From assembly GCA_963779615.1 (NCBI GenBank), contig CAVZZA010000003.1:1056001-1120000 (forward strand): a DNA stretch of 64,000 nt. The letters are read 5' to 3'. Below are positions 11,776 through 22,170 of this stretch, piece after piece. Source of the DNA: an uncultured Nitrososphaeraceae archaeon (GTDB taxonomy: Archaea; Thermoproteota; Nitrososphaeria; Nitrososphaerales; Nitrososphaeraceae). Each line of letters opens with the position of its first letter. The first letter of the stretch is position 1. Below the pieces are notes generated by a model. It made no database searches, was not told the origin of the DNA, and saw only the letters and a list, made by a program, of their open reading frames with translations. The position numbers and the translations under genes were made by a program.

Positions 11776-12051
11776 TTAATCACTGGGATCATTGTCAATA
11801 GTGTAAGATTTCCTTTCATTGGACACCTTGCCAAAAGTGTAAGATTTTCTTGCGACAGATACCTTGCTACTTGAATGGCAGATTGGACATTCTGCCCAGT
11901 TTTTACCCCCAGAATATTGCCAACAATGACTGCATTTTTGATAGGTACACTGAATCCATAACGACTTCTTTGGGTATTTTACCCAATTTGGTTGTTTGGG
12001 CTTTCTGGTCCTTCTTGCTTCTCTAGGTAAACGAGATAGCCTCATAGTCAT
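11776..12051 (-). CDS. basic zinc-ribbon protein
   Basis: CTYQKCSHC...CPIC cysteines; Arg/Lys-rich N-terminus; downstream of rad50. Confidence 0.65.
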   Translation of the reverse strand: MTMRLSRLPREARRTRKPKQPNWVKYPKKSLWIQCTYQKCSHCWQYSGGKNWAECPICHSSSKVSVARKSYTFGKVSNERKSYTIDNDPSD

Positions 12052-12126
12052 CTATCACACATTTTAAATGGTAATGCAAATATTAACCTTATCCAAAAGA
12101 AAGCAAAGAGGCAAAGAATATGTTGG

Positions 12127-14277
12127 CTAACATGGTGTAACAATAGATCCTTTGTCACTCATCGAAAATCTGTAAATTTGCTCTATTTCAGAGTTTTCAA
12201 ATATCTCCTCATCATGGGTGATAATTATAATTTGAGACAAAGGTCCAACACCTTTGCTAAAAACATCTGAAATTATCTTGACAAAGGAACGTCGACGCTC
12301 TTCATCCAAATTAGAAGTGGGCTCATCCAGTACAATAAAATCGATTTTTGAGGATCCCATCAAATACGCAATTCCCATCCTTAATGCCAACGATACAGCC
12401 ACTTTTTCGCCGCCGCTTAATGAGATTATATCTATTTCTCCACGCTTACCGTAACACAGAACCTTTATCTCCCTAGGTTTTTCTATCAAAGATATTTTAG
12501 ATATACCAACATTAAAGGTATTGATATAATCAGAGGATTTGACAGATATTAAATTTAATGCCCAAGTCCTTAAGCTAGAACTTACTATGCCATCCCTGTT
12601 GAAAACATTTGATCTGATTTTCTCAAGATCAGAAATAAAACCAGAAGCTGAGTACAATTCAGACTTCAAGCTGTCAAATTCAACAATCTCAGTTTCCAGA
12701 TCTGAGATAGTTTTTTCCAATATTGCTTTTTGTTTTTGTGTTTCGATGAATTTGGATGACAGTCTATTTTTTATGTCTTTCTTTTGTTTAAGAACGTTCG
12801 GGTCAACGTCAACAAGATCACTCTTCATTTTTGTTATAACATCAATCAAGTTTCCTGAATACTCATCAACTTTATAAGACAACCAGTTAGCAGTGCCTTT
12901 AAAATCATTAAAATCCAGCCTGGAAATAATTTGAAAATCTTTATTTAAAGACGTGAGCCTTTCTTCAAGAGCATCTACGTTTTGATTTACAGAAATGTCA
13001 TAAGATGACAAGGTCTTTTCTGCAGATATTATATTTTTTTCTTTTTTTCTGAAATCGAGTTCCTCCATATTTAACTTCAGTATATCAGATGCGATCAATG
13101 CCTTTTCTTGTTGTTTTTTACCTAATTCCTGCCTGATGTGAGAAATATCAAACATATCATTTATTGTGGTTATTTTGGAGTTACACACAGGGCATTTACC
13201 ATCCTTTATTTGGATTTTTTTTGCAAACTCGGTAAATCCATTTAACCTCCCAATTTCACCTTCTAACTTATTTGTCTTTTTAGTTAGTTCTTCTTTCTCC
13301 GATAGGACCATTTGTAGAGTAATAAAAACCTCATCTTTATTCTCCAGAACTGAAAGAGAGTTTTTTACTTCGAAAATCGTCTTTTTGATTTTCTCGATTT
13401 CAATCTTTAGGGAAAATGATTTTTCTTTTAAATATTTTAATAGCGTAGTCTCCAATGCCCTTATTTCTTGAAGTTTGGATATTTTAGGTTCCAAATCGTC
13501 TATTTCTTTTTCCACCACCAACATCTCATCAGTTATTTTAGATAAATCCGAATACACCGTATTAAGGGATATTTTTGATTTTTCAATTCTGTTTCGATTT
13601 TCTTCAGCTTTAGTTATCAGCATATTTATATGATGATCATCGTAACCTCCAGTCTTTTCCCTCAGTGAATTTCTAAACTCATCAATAATTGAATGCATAT
13701 ACGCAAATGACGTGTCCAAACGGTCCAGGCCCATCATATTGTTTAACAATTCCTTAAACTCCTTTGGTTGAGAGTCAATTATTTTATTAATTTCGCCTTG
13801 TTGTATTATACTAGCGATTTGTAACTTTTGATAGTTTATTCCCAATATTGTTTCGATTTCACCGACAACTGATTCTCCAAGTTGTTTTCGTTCCCCCGAT
13901 ATTACCGATCGGTAATCAGGTTTACTTTTTTCATTCCTACCAATTAGAACATTTTGTTTAAGTTGATCTAACTTAACAGACACAAGGTGTCCCGAGTTAT
14001 TGATTTGCCGGTGAATTTTATAATTAACAGAACCAACAGAAAAGTCCATAACAACAAAGGAGCCCGACTCATCAGACGATATTTGATTAATACCCTTGGT
14101 AACTAAATTTTTATTGGATTTGCGGGTATGTTCATCGAACAGCGCAAATGTGATGGAATCTATGATGCTGGATTTTCCGGATCCATTATGGCCTACAAAC
14201 ACAGTTATGCCAGGGGTAAACTCAAGGCTGGTATTTTTATGAGATAAAAAATTATTTAAAATTAATTTCTTTATCAA
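12127..14277 (-). CDS. rad50: DNA double-strand break repair ATPase Rad50
   Basis: Walker A GHNGSGKS, coiled coil with CPVC zinc hook, signature LSGGE, Walker B LDEPT, ITHD. Confidence 0.93.
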   Translation of the reverse strand: MIKKLILNNFLSHKNTSLEFTPGITVFVGHNGSGKSSIIDSITFALFDEHTRKSNKNLVTKGINQISSDESGSFVVMDFSVGSVNYKIHRQINNSGHLVSVKLDQLKQNVLIGRNEKSKPDYRSVISGERKQLGESVVGEIETILGINYQKLQIASIIQQGEINKIIDSQPKEFKELLNNMMGLDRLDTSFAYMHSIIDEFRNSLREKTGGYDDHHINMLITKAEENRNRIEKSKISLNTVYSDLSKITDEMLVVEKEIDDLEPKISKLQEIRALETTLLKYLKEKSFSLKIEIEKIKKTIFEVKNSLSVLENKDEVFITLQMVLSEKEELTKKTNKLEGEIGRLNGFTEFAKKIQIKDGKCPVCNSKITTINDMFDISHIRQELGKKQQEKALIASDILKLNMEELDFRKKEKNIISAEKTLSSYDISVNQNVDALEERLTSLNKDFQIISRLDFNDFKGTANWLSYKVDEYSGNLIDVITKMKSDLVDVDPNVLKQKKDIKNRLSSKFIETQKQKAILEKTISDLETEIVEFDSLKSELYSASGFISDLEKIRSNVFNRDGIVSSSLRTWALNLISVKSSDYINTFNVGISKISLIEKPREIKVLCYGKRGEIDIISLSGGEKVAVSLALRMGIAYLMGSSKIDFIVLDEPTSNLDEERRRSFVKIISDVFSKGVGPLSQIIIITHDEEIFENSEIEQIYRFSMSDKGSIVTPC

Positions 14278-15502
14278 TCCAAAGAATCATCATCCTTTTC
14301 TTGATAATTTTTTTTGTTATTTTCATAATATTTCCAAAGGTAATCAACAATTTTCTTGTTCTTGCCTTTGTCGATGTTCATGTTATTGGTGAGTTGTTCC
14401 TCATCATTTATCATCTGCACAAGATCTAAAGACAAGTTTGTCAGGTTTTCAGACTTTAGCGTATTTAAAACCAATTTTGAAAGCTCCTTATCGATTTTAA
14501 AATCGTTTGCATAGTCATAAGAATTGCCAGATACTGACTCCTCATCAAACGTGTTCCAGGCATAATACAAAAAGTAGTCGTTTAGTTTAGATAGTTCACC
14601 AGATAACATTTTAGGATCAATTTTTGCCCCTTTCACTTTTAGATCGAGTATAGGTTTTTTTTGGCAGTTCATGGATAAATCTAAAAGATATTTTAGATGC
14701 CTATCCAATTCACCATAATCTAGTGAGTGGCTTATTTGAAGTCTTCTTTTTTCGATCTTGATCCATTGTGTGGTAACATTTTCAGGGCTGTTTGAAACAT
14801 CAACCATAAGAAACCCTTTTTCCACATCTGAAATAGGCTCATTATGGCCAAGGTCAAGCGATCCGGGATAGGCAACCAAATGGTTTTCAATTTCAGGAAA
14901 GTTTTTTTGTATATGATCATGATAATGGCCCATTGCGTAATAATCAAACCCCAAGGGCAAATCGCTTGCAAAAATCTCACCTGCAAATTTATTAAAGTCA
15001 GATAATCCCTGATGGAGAACCAAAATTTTCTTTATCTTTTCCCTCTTATTTTGTCATTTTTTACCATTTTTTCTAATTTTTTAAATGGTTTAATTAATCC
15101 ATTATCAATGTTGGATCGTCTTTCCTTATTAAATCCATATATCAACAGGTCTTTTATTTGAGCAGGCGAATCTGGCTTAAGTCTTTTAGCTAATCCCAAA
15201 TTATGAAACAAAAATAGAAGGGGCACATCATTGGTTCTGCTTATATCATGCTCCCCAAGTATAAAATAAACAGGAATAGATTTTTCCTTTAGTTTTTTTA
15301 ATTCACGCGCTAATCTTATAACAGAGGCGCCATTGGGTTTGGGATTATGGAAAATGTCCCCAGCAAGAATTATTGCTTCAACGTGTTCATGAATAGATTT
15401 ATCTACTGATTCTTCAAATGCCGCGTAAAGATCTTCTTCACGCTCTTGTAGATTAAACTGGGCGTAACCTAAATGAATATCCGAAATATGGGAGATAAGC
15501 AA
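14274..15502 (-). CDS. mre11: DNA repair nuclease Mre11, split by a frameshift near 15050
   Basis: SDIHLG, GDIFH and GEHD in ORF 15032..15502; VLHQG, GHYH and YPGS in ORF 14274..15023; one extra A in a homopolymer would join them. Confidence 0.9.
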
Positions 15503-15570
15503 TCAACATAATATGTAAAATCCATATTTTATATATTATTTATCAAATTAAATAAAGACTTGCCGTTTAA

Positions 15571-15744
15571 TCAACCACCACCAGCATTCGCACCTATTGT
15601 ACCCCAAATTGTTTCTTGATAGTTATCAATTAATTCATTTAAAAGGTCATTCATATCTAGATCTTGTTTTTTTAAATCCACATAATCAATCAACAAGGAA
15701 TTTAATCTTTTGTAGGTGATGTCATCTACTTTTAAATATTGCAT
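15571..15744 (-). CDS. small hypothetical protein, possibly ribbon-helix-helix-like
   Basis: MQYLKVDDITYKRL...MNDLLNELI pattern; upstream of mre11. Confidence 0.5.
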   Translation of the reverse strand: MQYLKVDDITYKRLNSLLIDYVDLKKQDLDMNDLLNELIDNYQETIWGTIGANAGGG

Positions 15745-15810
15745 TAACAACATTTTTGTTAAAGATGTCTATATATAGATTTAAAACAGATTTGTTGAAA
15801 TAATATTAAT

Positions 15811-15829
15811 ATGGATAAAATTTATCCAT
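15811..15829. promoter_or_regulatory. inverted repeat in a divergent promoter region
   Basis: ATGGATAAA-A-TTTATCCAT between genes starting at about 15744 (-) and 15844 (+). Confidence 0.4.
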
Positions 15830-15843
15830 TCATGTGTATATAA

Positions 15844-16188
15844 ATGAGCGATCAGGTTGAGATAACTTCAAATGACAAAAAAAGGAAATTTCTTTTCAAT
15901 ATACTAAAGTTTGATAACGGATATTTTATTTCGATTTCTGAAGAGAAATTGAGGATTGGCTCCATTTCGGTATCTTTAGCGACGACCAACCAAACGAATA
16001 CGGCTAAAGTCATACAGGATAAAAATGATCAGTTATTCATAGACACCCTGTCAAGAAGAATCTCATTGATGATAAATGGAATTTGCATCGTGTCATTTTT
16101 CACAAAAAACAAGTTGCAGTTTGATGACATGAGAGACAATCAATGACAAAATATTAAAAACAATAGAGGACAAAAAAGATGAACAATG
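15844..16188 (+). CDS. conserved archaeal protein, proteasome assembly chaperone 4-like; C-terminus probably frameshifted
   Basis: LKFDNGYFISISE...IGSISVSL pattern; a plausible helix (TINDKILKTIEDKKDEQ) continues in another frame after about 16135. Confidence 0.5.
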
Positions 16189-17607
16189 AGATCAATAACA
16201 ACAACAAAGAAAAAACAAGTAGCGAAAGAAGCAGCATAACCATAGATGCGAATGAAAAAAATACAACAAATACGATCTCAGGGGCTTTATATCCATTTTA
16301 AAAGACAAAAAAGAATTATTGACTATAGACAAAAAGGTAAAAGGAAATTTCAACTTGCAGCAATTGTGGGCAAACTTGACAAGAAAGAAGCAATACTATT
16401 TACCAATGTAGAGGACTCAAAATTCAAAGTTGTATCGAATATACTGGGGACAAGGAAACGCTTTTTCTATGACTTAAAAACAAGCAGTGAAAACAGCAAA
16501 ATTGATTTTTCCAATTTTGCGAACATAAATAAGGAAAGCTATCCGGTTAAAATATCATCTGATGCCCCATTTTATAAAAACAGTTCACAAAACTTGTTAG
16601 ATCTTCCAATCATAACCCATTTTGAGAAAGACGCAGGACCCTTTGTTACATCATCCATAATCTATGTGAAAGATGAGGAAAGTCAAAGTCAAAATTCATC
16701 AACCCATCGCATGTTATTATTAAACAGCAAGGAAATGATAATAAGAATGGTGGAGGGAAGGCACCTCCATAAATGTTTTGTCCACTCTAAAGAACACAAA
16801 GAGGATTTGAAAATAAATGTGGTGATCGGAGTGCATCCTGCTGTGAATTTAGCCGCAGCCTACCAAGCGGCATACGGCATCGACGAAATATCAATAGCGA
16901 ATTATTTGATGGACGGGAACCTGGAATTGGCAAAAAACCAGTTTTCAGGACTGGATGTACCAAAACACAGTGAAATAGTGCTGGAAGGAAAAATACTTCA
17001 CGACAAATTCGCCGAAGAATGGATGGTAGAGATGCTTAGAACATACGACTTTAAAAGAAAACAACCAGTTTTTGAAATTAACAAAATATGGTATAGGGAC
17101 GATCCAATATATTATGACATTTTACCTGGATATACCGAACATAGGTTACTCATGGGGCTGCCTATCGAATCAAAGATATTTGGATATGTCAAAAACACCG
17201 TCCCCACAACAAAGTCAGTCCACCTAACAGACGGTGGAAGTAACTGGCTTAATGCGGTAATTCAAATCAAAAAAAGACTGGAAGGGGAGCCCAAAAATGC
17301 GATTCTTACCGCATTTTCAGCCCACCCTTCCTTAAAGACTGCAATAGTTGTTGACGAAGACATCAATCCAGAAGACCCAGTGGAGGTAGAATACGCAATT
17401 TCCACAAGGGCCCAAGCCGACAAAGACATTTTAATAGTAACCAATGCAAAGGGATCCAGTTTAGACCCATCGAGTGATCAAAACAACCTGTTAACCACAA
17501 AATTAGGGATAGACGCCACCATTTCTTTATTAAAAGACAAGGAGAGGTTTGAAATAGCAAAAATCCCGGGGTTGGAAACAATAGACATAGATGAATTTAT
17601 TAGGTAA
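16179..17607 (+). CDS. ubiD: UbiD family (de)carboxylase with N-terminal frameshifts
   Basis: DAGPFVTS, HRM, EIVLEG, VVDEDI and GIDAT motifs; the typical N-terminus DLRGFISILKDKKEL is in another frame at 16274. Confidence 0.9.
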
Positions 17608-17818
17608 ACAACAATAAACAACATGCAAAACTAATTTTGTATTGAGCATGGATAGAAGGCACCAATGATTTTTTATTATTGATATGCAGCGTATGGCAGT
17701 TTTGGTAATACAAAATTTCACCGAAAATATCCGATAAGCTTCAATTTACTAAACACATCTGACCATAAATTGCGTCCATGCATAACAACAGACAGAATTA
17801 ACAAGTTTTGATTTGGCC

Positions 17819-17950
17819 ATGTGTATACAATGCAATGCTGACAAAACAGCAGATACAGACAGACACAATCCTGACTGTACAAAACACAAGTCGCAAAAAG
17901 TTTTTGAGGTACATGCAGCAGCCGATAGAATGCGAAATGACAAAAAGTGA
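17819..17950 (+). CDS. 43-aa Cys/His microprotein (MCIQCNADKTADTDRHNPDCTKH...)
   Basis: Translated by hand; CxxC...H...C...H could bind metal. Confidence 0.5.
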   Translation: MCIQCNADKTADTDRHNPDCTKHKSQKVFEVHAAADRMRNDKK

Positions 17951-18158
17951 AAGGTCCCCTTTTGGGCGGGTGATTTTGGTTTTCAGTGTTTGAAAGTTCA
18001 GCAATTGACCAAATGACCAGAACACGCAAAATCAAAACTCAAATAAGCGCTTTAAGTCAACCCCTGCTGGATGAAACACTCAGGTCTAAAGGGGTAGCGG
18101 CTTGAAAAAGTAGAACATAAAAGATGTTAGATAAATACTAGGATATCTACATCATAAT

Positions 18159-18362
18159 ATGGACCGCCTAATCGTTGAATCATACAATAATTCGACCATA
18201 AATACAATTTTAGACGACATTGGTAAAAAGTATGCAATAGACACCTCCAAAGAACAATTAAGCGAAGACATTGATGTACAAGAAGTTAAGTTCAAATACA
18301 GAACATATTCAGAATGTATAAGAATATTGTATAAAAGCGTAGGGTATATGAAAGCAGTCTAG
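18159..18362 (+). CDS. small hypothetical protein
   Basis: 67-aa ATG ORF. Confidence 0.5.
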   Translation: MDRLIVESYNNSTINTILDDIGKKYAIDTSKEQLSEDIDVQEVKFKYRTYSECIRILYKSVGYMKAV

Positions 18363-18517
18363 GTCCTTACTTTCATTAATTTGATGTGTCCTGTAGTACA
18401 GTTCTGTGGTCCCCCCACATGAGCATGTAAAAGATCTTTCGCTTTCTCTTCAGATAGTTTTTCCGTGGAGATGTAACCACATTTGTCACAAATAACAATA
18501 AAACTCCATTTCACCAA
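18359..18517 (-). CDS. 52-aa zinc-finger-like microprotein
   Basis: Translated by hand: MVKWSFIVICDKCGYISTEKLSEEKAKDLLHAHVGGPQNCTTGHIKLMKVRT. Confidence 0.55.
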   Translation of the reverse strand: MVKWSFIVICDKCGYISTEKLSEEKAKDLLHAHVGGPQNCTTGHIKLMKVRT

Positions 18518-18688
18518 ATATCCTCATGCTAATTATTATCTCACGATATTTATCTATATGTAATAGCGTTATACCTTAAAATGATCTATACCAACAGAGA
18601 AAGGCAATTATCAGCATTAAACGGATTTGGAGTAAATAAATTCTATTTAAATTGTTTATTTATTTAAAGGGATCATGATAGTCAAACC

Positions 18689-19463
18689 ATGAGAGAAGTT
18701 GGGAAAGGAAACTTTCCAAAAGACATTGACGTCAAAATTGCAGAGACGGGTAATGGGATATACAGAATATCAGGGTTTGACGACACATTTGGCATCACAT
18801 TTAACCAATTTTTAATTGATGATGACCAACCAATGCTCATCCATACAGGCCCTATCGGGATGTACAAGAAAATAGAAGAAAAAGTAAAGGAAATAATTCC
18901 ATTGAGCAAATTAAGCTATGTCGCATTCCTACACTTTGAAAGTGATGAATGGGGAGGGATGGCATTTCTTGATTCTGCGGATGCCAAATTGGTATGCAGT
19001 GATTTGAGCTCGAAATTAAATTTGACGGGATGGTACAACATCCCTGTTGACCACATTTCGTTTTGGGACAATGAAACTCTAAAAACAGGCAAGAGGAGGT
19101 TCAAATTCATCATGACCCCCCATGTTCACCATTGGGACAGCATGATGGTTTTTGAGGAGTCGACACAGTCACTTTTCCCATCAGACCTGTTTATTCAGCC
19201 AGGCAACAACAGAACAGTTACAGAAGAGGACCTATCAGACAGCATGCTTGCCCTCTATAGAGGCGCAGGAATATTTGCAAGCGAAGGCCCAGTACAGGCA
19301 AACAACCAAAAGGCTTGAAAGGTTGAATCCAAAAATGGTATTTCCCATGCACGGCTCTTGCATTGATGGCTCCATCTTTCCAAAATATGTGGATGCGATA
19401 ATGGACAATAAATTTGCGTATTCGGGGATGGTGCTTGGGCAGGAATTGGAAACAGTCAGCTGA
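18689..19463 (+). CDS. MBL-fold di-iron protein (FprA N-terminal/ODP-like), frameshifted near 19295
   Basis: FNQFLI, LIHTG, HFESDE, PHVHHWD and SDLF; the final PMHG motif is in the overlapping ORF 19152..19463. Confidence 0.85.
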
Positions 19464-19866
19464 TTACGGTTTAAACAGGAAAAACAGCAAAGGAGAGCGA
19501 GATAAACAGACCATAAAATATTTTGGAGTTGCAGCAAAGGTGAAAAAAGAGAGTGAAAATAAGGGGTCTAGAGGAAAAAATGCAAATCAACAACATGATT
19601 CGAGCAAACCAACGCCATTTGATGCATCAGATCAGTCAAAATTCTTGGTTTATCTCCAAGCATTTCTTTATAAAATCTCCTTCATTGTTCCCCCCACATT
19701 ACGCGTAGGAGAAACAAATATGCCTTGGACAAAAACAAGAGTGAAAAGGAATAATACAAAAAAAACATGCAGAAAATAAATTATTTTCTATGCCGAGAAA
19801 AAAATTACACCCATAAAACAGATGATGGAACAAAACATTTTATTAAAACCTTTTGAACATCATAAT

Positions 19867-20534
19867 GGCTCTGTTAACTTAAGAGATTATTTCGCTATTG
19901 TGGTGATAAGCAAACAGATTCAACCATTGTTTTACGTGCTTTAGTTTGCATTTCTTCCTTCTACACGGAAAATAATCGTCAAATCCTTCTGTCCTGTCCT
20001 TGATGTACTGCACAGTCCTCTCTATCAGGCTTTTCTCAAAAGGGGAATGCAGATGATGCTTTAGTTTCAGGAACCTGCATGCTTGTGGATACCAAGTTCC
20101 CCCATCTGTTGAAACCGGATGCTTTCCATACCTATTTGTCAGAGACGCAATAAACCGTTCGGCTACAAGTATTGCTCTTTCAACTGACACATCAATCCAA
20201 AGGATTTTCCTGTGTTTTGGTTCAATTGCAACCCAAGGCCATGTGTGTTGGGAGCCAACCTTAATCTGGGTTTCATCAACAACATACCCATGAACCTTTT
20301 TTTCTCTTGGTTGATAGTCTCTTTGGCCTGTATTTTTGAATCCATTTCCAGACTGACCCCGGGCTTCTTTCCACAAATCGGTTTAACGCCTTTGCAGTGC
20401 TTCTATAAGAGAGACCAAGGAAGTAAAGATATAGTGAATAGGCAATATCCTTTGATTTAGTTCTCTGCATTAGGCACATCAATATCGCTTATGGCATAAC
20501 CGCAACTATAGCTTTTTCTTAAGCTAACAGAGCC
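19867..20534 (-). mobile_element. IS6 family insertion sequence with frameshifted transposase
   Basis: TIRs GGCTCTGTTAACTTAAG / CTTAAGCTAACAGAGCC; VDETQIKVG, STDGGTWY and IERTVQYIKDR DDE motifs; HTH N-terminus in ORF 20276..20482. Confidence 0.92.
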
Positions 20535-20971
20535 ACATAATAATTCATAATAATATGAAGGCTAATTCAAGTTTTTATTTATTATTTAAAGTCTAGTCAT
20601 AAAGGTATGAGTTTAGTGAGAATAAAATGTAATTCATATTTTTCGTGCCAATAAATAGAATATACTATTTAAAAGTGAAAGTATGAATATCTTTATTACG
20701 ATCGCATTATTCTACAACCACCGCATCTAAAAAAATTATCTGGAATCAGGATCAATACAAGATATTATATGTATACATGGTATCAAATCATTCAACCAAA
20801 TATATTCAGGATAATTGTATAGAAGCCTGAAAGGATAAATTCGCGGTGTTGTTGTATAGTCCCATTTAAATCATATTCACACCTGTATCATTGTAAACAC
20901 CACTTACCCTTTTTTAAATGAAACCCCCTCAATGTGTGTTATTCGGGTTCTTCCCTAATCCTGGAATAATG

Positions 20972-21005
20972 TACTTATAAGCAATACTTATAAGCAATAC
21001 TTATA
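20972..21005 (+). repeat. 13-bp tandem repeat (TACTTATAAGCAA, about 2.6 copies) upstream of the DUF1611 operon
   Basis: gTACTTATAAGCAA TACTTATAAGCAA TACTTATA read directly. Confidence 0.75.
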
Positions 21006-21039
21006 TCACATATCGACAACAGTTTACTATTAAAGTTAT

Positions 21040-22170
21040 ATGAGCATCATACAGAAAAATGTAGAATATTCAACCAGATCTAACCCCATTAATATGAATT
21101 ATGGTCAAATAAAGTGGTCATGGGCAAGTAGATTGTTACGCAGCGATCATGAATATGAAATTACTAAAGCAAAAGAATATAGTGACACGCCTGTTGTAGG
21201 GGATCTGGGATTATTCAGGGTTATTCGTGTTGGCTCTCACACCAGACTGATAAATATGGATAGTAGGAAAATGAGAATTTATGAAGGAGATTTGTTCGTG
21301 GGTATTTTTGGCAATAGATATGCAACAGATGCTTTTGAAGCAGAAGTAGAAGGGTTGAAAGATCTTTCATTGTTGACTACTGCAGGCATGGTAGGAAGGA
21401 TAAAATCCAGTCATAACTCAACTGGTAGATCTACAGAGGTTTCATTTTTGGGTTTTCTGAAGGACAAGACATCAAACCAAAAAAAAATAAATCTCAAGCA
21501 AACAATATTTAAAAAAAGGTATCTTGATCATTCTTTATCAAGACCTAAAGGACTAGGAAATCTATTGGCTATAGTAGGATCAGGAATGAGTTCCGGAAAA
21601 ACAACCTTTTGTAGAAAATTAGTAAAATCGCTTTCTCAAAAGGGATTATCGGTAGCCGCCTGTAAATTGACAGGGAGCATTTCCCCAAGGGATTTTGATG
21701 AAATGGTTTCGGCAAGTGCCATTTATGTAACAGATTTTAGCGACTATGGTTTTCCTTCCACATATAAATGCGAAGAGAAGGAATTACTTAAATTATTTGA
21801 AATCATGTTATATGATATAGAAAAGTTAAATCCAGATATCATAATAATGGAAATAGCAGATGGTGTTTTACAACAAGAAACCAATTTCTTGTTAAATGAA
21901 CCCTTATTTCAAAAAAGGGTAGGCGGATTAGCGGTTGCAGCAGATAATGCGCCTTCTGCTCTATACACAGTAAACCATCTTGCGAGTTTAGGGTACAAAA
22001 TACTTGCATTATCCGGAGCCATAACATCATCTCCTCTATACGTAAGAGAATTTGAAAAAATGTCTGCTATACCCGTGATATCCTCTGCGGCTAACACCAT
22101 AAGAGTTGGTTCGTTATTTAACAATTTAATAAAGAAAAAAGAAAATATTCACCATAGTTTGGTAGAATGA
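21040..22170 (+). CDS. DUF1611-like P-loop protein
   Basis: GNRYATDAFEA, P-loop GSGMSSGKTT, KLTG, DFSDYGFPSTY and EIADG motifs. Confidence 0.8.
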   Translation: MSIIQKNVEYSTRSNPINMNYGQIKWSWASRLLRSDHEYEITKAKEYSDTPVVGDLGLFRVIRVGSHTRLINMDSRKMRIYEGDLFVGIFGNRYATDAFEAEVEGLKDLSLLTTAGMVGRIKSSHNSTGRSTEVSFLGFLKDKTSNQKKINLKQTIFKKRYLDHSLSRPKGLGNLLAIVGSGMSSGKTTFCRKLVKSLSQKGLSVAACKLTGSISPRDFDEMVSASAIYVTDFSDYGFPSTYKCEEKELLKLFEIMLYDIEKLNPDIIIMEIADGVLQQETNFLLNEPLFQKRVGGLAVAADNAPSALYTVNHLASLGYKILALSGAITSSPLYVREFEKMSAIPVISSAANTIRVGSLFNNLIKKKENIHHSLVE

